Below, piece by piece: positions 1 to 4,758 of a DNA stretch of 5,305 bases. The DNA is from Candidatus Baldrarchaeum yapensis. Its GTDB lineage: Archaea > Asgardarchaeota > Baldrarchaeia > Baldrarchaeales > Baldrarchaeaceae. The stretch lies in contig JAEOSH010000079.1 in the NCBI GenBank assembly GCA_016840465.1, forward strand, positions 1-5,305, read 5' to 3'. Position 1 is the first letter of the stretch, and every line of letters starts with the position of its first letter. The translations under genes were made by a program, and so were the position numbers. The notes beneath the pieces were generated by a model. That model made no database searches. It was not told the DNA's origin and was given only the letters and a program-made list of their open reading frames with translations.

Positions 1-137
1 GCGGATCGCACGTGAGGCGGGCCCCGTGGTGCCCGTCGATGTGGCCCCCGATGGGCCGCCGAGGGGATGAGGCGGCCGAGGGGGAAGCCCGTGCGGGTTC
101 CCAAAATACCCTTAGTTTCCAAAAGATAACGCACGGG
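1..137 (+). mobile_element. Probable right end (3' tail of tnpB plus end sequence) of a TnpB-encoding IS200/IS605/IS607-type element, truncated by the window edge
   Basis: Seen: 1-100 is 77% GC (counted), followed by an AT-rich 103-129 segment and ...AACGCACGGG at 128-137. Frame 2 reads RIAREAGPVVPVDVAPDGPPRG* (stop 68-70) and frame 3 reads ...PPMGRRGDEAAEGEARAGSQ... (stop 168-170). Inference: this resembles the low-complexity C-terminal tails and right ends of archaeal tnpB elements as I recall them. No catalytic motif lies inside the window, so the frame and exact end are unresolved. Confidence 0.6.
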
Positions 138-138
138 C
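16..138 (+). ncRNA. Candidate TnpB omega-RNA (reRNA/sotRNA-like) scaffold; the guide would be the flank from ~138
   Basis: Seen stems: 16-22/31-37 (7 bp, one G-U), 54-60/71-77 (GGCCGCC/GGCGGCC, perfect), 45-49/80-84 (C5/G5), 82-90/95-102 (bulged) and 87-95/130-138 (GCCCGTGCG/CGCACGGGC, perfect 9 bp). Established: TnpB guide RNAs derive from the element right end and overlap the tnpB 3' end. Confidence 0.55.
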
Positions 139-380
139 AACCACAAAAGAAACACCAAGATGGGAAATAGTAACATGTAGTATACGCTCAAGAGGAGAAA
201 CGCCGCAATTACTGCCAAGTTTAGCAGGTCTGACTCAGAACCCGAAGGCCCAATCTCAGCAAATGCCCTGAACGGCTCTAAAACCGTAAACGAAGAGTAC
301 CTACGATTTCTACCGTATTCTGAGAGCTCATCAACGGCTGCCTTGCTCGCACCGAAAATCAAAAAACCTAACTTTTCCCT
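138..380 (-). pseudogene. Remnant of a membrane-protein gene, apparently interrupted by the left-edge element
   Basis: Seen: stop-free minus-strand frame from 380 to the window edge (possible TTG at 362), with a long hydrophobic run LLNLAVIAAFLLLSVYYMLLFPILVFLLW ending at the putative element boundary (~138). There is no convincing start or SD. The ORF track omits it because it has no stop in the window. Family not recognised. Confidence 0.35.
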
Positions 381-504
381 CTATTCTCTTAATTACCGGC
401 AGAGGTTCACGCTCCCTATACTCAACGTCAACCTGACACTTCGGCTTTGAGAAATTTTAATGCTAACATCACATTTTTTCTAATCTAAAAAGGCCTTCAT
501 ACGG

Positions 505-747
505 GAGTATCCACCGATTCTAAACTATGAACTGTTTAACGGTCGAATTTACTTATTGGAAAGGCAAGATGTCGAAAAGGCGATAGGCCTGCAGATAAGG
601 TTGAGGGGAGTGGGAAGGCCAAAAGGGGTTGCCGATCTGCTTATAGCCGCAATTTGTATAAACCGTGGGGAGAAACTTATCACCAAAGATGAAAACTTCA
701 AGGATATCGCCGAAGTATCAGAGCTGGAGTTAGAGATTATATCATAA
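505..747 (+). pseudogene. vapC: 5'-truncated PIN-domain (VapC-like) ribonuclease/toxin gene
   Basis: Seen: the frame is open from 484 (in-frame TAA at 481-483) and reads EYPPILNYELFNGRIYLLERQDVEKAIGLQIRL...GVADLLIAAICINRGEKLITKDENF. The DLLIAA...LIT-D-F motif is typical of PIN C-terminal halves. The N-terminal DT(S/N) acidic motif and any vapB partner are absent. Confidence 0.8.
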
Positions 748-767
748 GAATAGATTAATGATAGCAT

Positions 768-803
768 CTGAAATTTTCAGGTTATTTTATTTTTGAATTT
801 TTA
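768..803 (+). terminator. Possible terminator after the PIN gene remnant
   Basis: Seen: palindrome CTGAAA-T-TTTCAG (768-780) followed by T-rich TTATTTTATTTTTGAATTTTT. Established: oligo-T tracts act as archaeal terminators. Confidence 0.35.
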
Positions 804-812
804 TGAAATCGG

Positions 813-1142
813 GTGGATTTTTCCAGCCTGCATTTAAACTCTATGATGGAAACTATTAGCGAAAGTGCCTATGAGATTGTATTCGGGTTCCGTAGTGTCT
901 TCAAGCTTGATAAGAGCGAGAGAATGACGAGGGAGATCGTAATAAGGATTTCAGAGACACTTACGACATTATTCCCTATTATATACCATCGGGAAGTAGG
1001 TGGGGCATCTCACCATATAGTTAGAGAACATCTGGTGTTAAGGGAAAGTGAGGGGATAAAAACGAGTCTAATACTACTGCTGCAAACTGGTTTATTCTCG
1101 CGATCCCGGCATCGTAGCAATGGGAATCACAAAAGAATCTGA
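813..1142 (+). CDS. Hypothetical ORF (109 aa from GTG; alternative ATG at 843/846), possibly a decayed gene fragment
   Basis: Purine-rich plus strand with no competing gene on the opposite strand. No recognised motif, SD or promoter. Confidence 0.25.
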   Translation: MDFSSLHLNSMMETISESAYEIVFGFRSVFKLDKSERMTREIVIRISETLTTLFPIIYHREVGGASHHIVREHLVLRESEGIKTSLILLLQTGLFSRSRHRSNGNHKRI

Positions 1143-1325
1143 ATAAGAATTCTGAGAAGAGAACGGGCTTCTATACACGTCGCAAATGAATCATAGGATG
1201 GTACGTGATATTCCAAATCTGATGATCAGAAAACTCCTCGAAGATCAATTTTCAAGAATCAGTGATATATCGGCAGTGTTGGTACTACTGGTATCAATGT
1301 ATATTTAAACCATTAACCAGCAAGC

Positions 1326-1727
1326 CTAAAGTAAGAATATTCCTCTAAAGATGATGCCCTTCTCGGGATGTAGTTCTATTCCGAGTTCATCCATAGTTCC
1401 GGATCCTATTATGATGTCGGGCATCCTTATTTTTCTTCCCTCTACTTCCACTTCATCAACAATTTCATCCGTAAGAAAGATGCGTACCGGTACCCTCAAG
1501 GTGCCAATTACGAGGTCCGCCACGAAATACCCCTTCAGAAATACCTTTTGTCCATTTATGAGGACAACGGTTATAGGTTTCCTCAAAGGAACCCAATCCT
1601 CTCTTTCAAAAAAGTCTTTGAACTTTTTGATCGACATCACTGTGAAATTCGAGCCTGTATCGAACAGTGCCACCAATTCGGCTTCTTTATCCTCATATGC
1701 GATTTTTACCTTTTGTACGGCTCTCAA
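1326..1727 (-). CDS. Retropepsin-like (clan AA) single-domain aspartic protease
   Basis: Seen: ALFDTGSNFT catalytic D-T-G motif near the N-terminus, a later hydrophobic-hydrophobic-Gly motif (DIIIGSGTM), 133 aa, and a TTG start preceded by SD-like GAGGGGT. Confidence 0.88.
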   Translation of the reverse strand: MRAVQKVKIAYEDKEAELVALFDTGSNFTVMSIKKFKDFFEREDWVPLRKPITVVLINGQKVFLKGYFVADLVIGTLRVPVRIFLTDEIVDEVEVEGRKIRMPDIIIGSGTMDELGIELHPEKGIIFRGIFLL

Positions 1728-1759
1728 TTAGACCCCTCAAATTATGTTTTTGCGAGAAA

Positions 1760-1768
1760 TATATAAAA
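1760..1768 (-). promoter_or_regulatory. TATA box for the aspartic protease gene
   Basis: Seen: minus-strand TTTTATATA about 33 nt upstream of the TTG at 1727, the spacing expected for an archaeal promoter with a short leader. Confidence 0.6.
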
Positions 1769-1913
1769 CTGCCCCGGTGCCTAAGTTTGCTGAGATCGAG
1801 AAGACCCCTAAAGCCGTACAATAATATAGAGTTATTTTTCCGCTAACGCCTATTTTCCGCATTTATGACAAAAATAAAAATCACGTTGATGCGTATAAAT
1901 TATGTGAGAGGGA

Positions 1914-2174
1914 TTACTTAAATAGACGTTTTAACGCCATCTCAAACGCTCTGTAGTTCGGCACGATGTGAATTGCTGTGAAAGCGAGCATTATCAGGCT
2001 GAAGTATATGTGGAGATTCACTATCATCTCTCTGGTGGCACCTAGGAATACATGCTTGCCCGCATCATGCCCGCGTGGCACAAAGATCCAAAGTACGATT
2101 CCGCTTAATGCTGATATTGCGAGGGACGCTAACAATACAATATCAACAATAGCTATCACCTTTATTTTCCCCAT
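1914..2174 (-). CDS. Small two-helix membrane protein, DUF4405-like
   Basis: Seen: two hydrophobic helices with the pattern D-xx-LL...SG-xx-LW...P...FLG...LH...H (H55, H69), matching my recollection of the DUF4405 family. ATG start with purine-rich GGAAGG upstream. Confidence 0.75.
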   Translation of the reverse strand: MGKIKVIAIVDIVLLASLAISALSGIVLWIFVPRGHDAGKHVFLGATREMIVNLHIYFSLIMLAFTAIHIVPNYRAFEMALKRLFK

Positions 2175-2608
2175 GGAGCAACCTTCCTGTTGCCTTCAGA
2201 ATTTTTCCCGCAAATATCGCTGCAAAAATGTGTAGAAAAGAATTAAGAATGCTTATGTTATTAGCAAATCTGAGAACTCCGGACAGAACTTCTAACTATG
2301 GCAATCTCCACTGAAACTTCCAAATCCCGATATTACAAGGTGATAACTTTTGTCGATGATGAAATGCCCGCATAATGGCATTTCTTGTGTTCTCAAGAAA
2401 GTTCCCGAATCCTCCTAATGAACGTCAAACATATTATGTCGATATCGCTTACTTATCACATCGTCACAGATCATGAAAGAGGGATCTCTAACTGAGATGA
2501 GAGCATTGCGCATCGTCTCGCACTGAAAGTGCACCCGCATGAATGAAAACGATAAAATATTTGCATGCACGTATTTTCAATCGGAGTGATCTTCAAAGGG
2601 CGAAGGTG

Positions 2609-3715
2609 ATGAAGAGAACGGGAACAGCGATTCTGCCGCTACACGGCGGAAAAGCCCCTCCATGGCTAATAAAACGAATGATAACGCTAGGACGTGCCAT
2701 ATTTGACGTCATAATCGAGGAATATGGCCCGCTGGAAGTGCTAAAGAGGCTATCAGATCCGTATTGGTTCCAGTGCCTCTCGTGCGTTCTTGGCTACGAC
2801 TGGCATAGTAGCGGAACAACCACGGTGACTATGGGCGTTCTCAGAGAGGTATTCGACCCCGAGGTCCACTCAATCGCAGTCGTTGGGGGCAAGGGAAAAA
2901 GAAGCAGAAAGACCCCAGATGAAATACCCGAAGTGGGCAGAATTTTCGATTTCTCAGACGACGACATCGGCAATCTCATCAGAACAAGCAGACTTGTTGC
3001 AAAGGTCGACAATGTTGCAATCCAAGATGGTTTTCAGCTTTATCACCATAGTATGGTCATCTGCAGAGATGGAAACTGGGCAGTCATCCAGCAGGGAATG
3101 GACCCCGACAGCAGGGAGGCACGGCGTTACCACTGGCTGTCCCTGAACGTCAGAAGTTTTGTTGAAGAACCTCATACTGGCATTATCACCGAAAGGTTCA
3201 AGGACAGAGTACTCGACATGACGGCAAAAGAAAGTGAGGAATGCCGAAATATCTCCGTCGATCTTATAAGGGAAGGACCGAAAAAGATAAGGAATTTGCT
3301 CAGGTCGATAAAATCTCCCTTCCAGAGAAGCCTATTTGGAGAGCAGGTCCCCGAGAACGTCACGGAAAGGATACTCGTAATGCCGAGAAAAATAGACTGG
3401 AAGGCTGTGGAAATCGCATACCAACTTCAGCCATCGAATTTTGAGGAGTTACTACTCGTGAAAGGTATAGGACCCGGAGTGGTAAGGGCACTCGCTCTGA
3501 TATCCGAACTGATATGGGGCGCTCCCCCGAGCTGGAAAGACCCGGCGAAGTTTGCATTTGCGCACGGCGGTAAGGATCGTGTCCCATATCCGGTCAATAT
3601 AAGGTGGATGGAGCACTCCACGAGAATTCTCCGTGAGGCTTTGGAGCAAGCGAAAGTCGGGAATAAGGAGAAACTGATGGCACTTAAGAGGTTAAAAGAA
3701 TTCTTAAACAGATAA
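2609..3715 (+). CDS. DUF763-family conserved protein (368 aa; preferred start 2609 rather than 2543)
   Basis: Seen: N-terminal MKRTGTAILPLHGGKAPPWL, GYDWHSSGTTT, QQGM, RRYHW and DPAKFAFAHGGKD, all hallmark DUF763 blocks as I recall them. Family-like sequence begins at ATG 2609; the 22 upstream codons look non-conserved. Confidence 0.9.
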   Translation: MKRTGTAILPLHGGKAPPWLIKRMITLGRAIFDVIIEEYGPLEVLKRLSDPYWFQCLSCVLGYDWHSSGTTTVTMGVLREVFDPEVHSIAVVGGKGKRSRKTPDEIPEVGRIFDFSDDDIGNLIRTSRLVAKVDNVAIQDGFQLYHHSMVICRDGNWAVIQQGMDPDSREARRYHWLSLNVRSFVEEPHTGIITERFKDRVLDMTAKESEECRNISVDLIREGPKKIRNLLRSIKSPFQRSLFGEQVPENVTERILVMPRKIDWKAVEIAYQLQPSNFEELLLVKGIGPGVVRALALISELIWGAPPSWKDPAKFAFAHGGKDRVPYPVNIRWMEHSTRILREALEQAKVGNKEKLMALKRLKEFLNR

Positions 3716-3720
3716 TCTTC

Positions 3721-4386
3721 TTACAGCCGAAAAACCTCCGCCCCCGGAAGCGTTTCAATGATCTTTCGTACGTCCCATATTCGTTTTCTGAGGAGTTCTC
3801 CCAGTATGGCGACCATCTCGGTAGGAATGTGTTGCGTCACGTTTTCATCAAACAACATCGTGGCATGTGCCGGAAACTCATCATCAGCAACCCAAAACAC
3901 TAAAAGTACCGGTATATGGGGCAACGTTCTCACCTTAAACGAGAAGTCCCCATAAGGCATCGCCTCGCCACCCAGCGCCATCATCGCCTCTCTCACGTGC
4001 TCCGGATTCTCTTTGAGCATGTCTACCAGCGGCTGAATCACCCTGTGCGAGAACGCTTTGGCAAATGCATATCCTCCCGGCAATTTTCTAAAATCCACAA
4101 ATCTCCCGGCCTCCTTAACATCAGGCGATGATGAATAATAGTACAGAAGAGCATATACGACCTTCTTCCATCGCCTCTTTAACTGTACACCCGTAAACTC
4201 ATCCATTACCTTCCCATCGGAAAGGGAAACGCTTATGCGGAGAAAACTGAGAACGTCCGCATCGGGGAACCCCTTCCTGCCGCGTAGCGACAATATTTTA
4301 TCTTTGCATTTCTCCCAAGCCCACGGGCTCTCCGGACCCATAAGCCCCCATCTGTGCATCGTTAGAAGTTCAATACCATTGTTCAT
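3721..4386 (-). CDS. DUF3786-family protein (preferred start 4386; alternatives 4359 and 4440)
   Basis: Seen: FRKLPGG...AF...LGG...GDFSF...LPHIP...FWVADDEFPA...LFD, the DUF3786 signature as I recall it. SD GGTGAT (4396-4391) lies 4 nt before ATG 4386, and TATA-like TTATTAAT is at 4433-4426. Confidence 0.85.
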   Translation of the reverse strand: MNNGIELLTMHRWGLMGPESPWAWEKCKDKILSLRGRKGFPDADVLSFLRISVSLSDGKVMDEFTGVQLKRRWKKVVYALLYYYSSSPDVKEAGRFVDFRKLPGGYAFAKAFSHRVIQPLVDMLKENPEHVREAMMALGGEAMPYGDFSFKVRTLPHIPVLLVFWVADDEFPAHATMLFDENVTQHIPTEMVAILGELLRKRIWDVRKIIETLPGAEVFRL

Positions 4387-4514
4387 AAGTATCACCGGTA
4401 AGTAGCGAAGGGCTTGTATGCTACCATTAATAACACTCAACTTTCCAATTACTTAGTCCTAATTCGAAGGACCACTAAATTAATCTTCACAAATGCCTTG
4501 CGGAGCTGTTACGG

Positions 4515-4532
4515 AAAAGGTAAGTTTAAATA
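4515..4532 (+). promoter_or_regulatory. BRE/TATA promoter of the HTH-tnpB unit, probably leaderless
   Basis: Seen: purine-rich AAAAGGTAAG followed by TTTAAATA (4525-4532), about 26 nt before ATG 4558. Confidence 0.65.
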
Positions 4533-4559
4533 GCATTTGGATAATTTGCTCATTTTGAT
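4533..4559 (+). repeat. Three imperfect 9-bp direct repeats (core ATTTG/TTTTG)
   Basis: Seen: GCATTTGGA (4533-41), TAATTTGCT (4542-50), CATTTTGAT (4551-59). Confidence 0.5.
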
Positions 4560-4758
4560 GAAGATGGAGAAGCTGTTGAAGATAAGTGAAGTTGCGAAAA
4601 TTTTGAATGTCAGCAGGCACACCGTCCTGAATTGGATCAGGAAGGGGAAAATAAGAGCGATTAGGCTCCCCAGCGGGAGGTACCGGATTCCCGAGTCGGA
4701 GGTGCGAAGGATACTTGAAGGCGGAGGCAATAAAGGCGTACAGGGTTCCGATAGATAA
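4558..4758 (+). CDS. Small MerR/excisionase-type HTH DNA-binding protein (IS607 TnpA N-terminal-like domain only), 66 aa
   Basis: Seen: LLKISEVAKILNVSRHTVLNWIRKGKIRAIRLPSGRYRIPESEVRRIL, a classic winged-HTH. It stops at 4756-58 with no YARVS-type serine recombinase domain. ATG 4558 (or 4564) fits the promoter better than TTG 4537. Confidence 0.88.
   Translation: MKMEKLLKISEVAKILNVSRHTVLNWIRKGKIRAIRLPSGRYRIPESEVRRILEGGGNKGVQGSDR

Noticed and set aside
138-157. Search for a target of the putative guide elsewhere in the window
   Set aside because: By eye I found no match longer than ~6 nt (for example GCAACC near 2178); not meaningful.
549-767. 72-aa minus-strand ORF
   Set aside because: Antisense shadow of the PIN/VapC remnant; Ser-rich with no motif.
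1351-1766. Plus-strand ORFs 1351-1731 and 1548-1766
   Set aside because: Antisense to the protease gene, which has the catalytic motif, SD and promoter.
1978-2235. 85-aa plus-strand ORF
   Set aside because: Antisense shadow of the DUF4405-like gene.
2285-2345. Minus-strand peptide HLVISGFGSFSGD resembling the pyroglutamyl-peptidase N-terminal motif
   Set aside because: Too short, flanked by stops, and no further similarity; probably chance.
2543-2608. Longer start for DUF763 at 2543
   Set aside because: Family-like sequence begins at MKRTGTA (2609); the extension overlaps likely promoter sequence.
2794-3649. Eight short ORFs within DUF763 (both strands, alternative frames)
   Set aside because: Fully nested in a strongly supported gene, with no motifs or translation signals.
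3758-4131. Plus-strand ORFs 3758-3955 and 3916-4131
   Set aside because: Antisense shadows of the DUF3786 gene.
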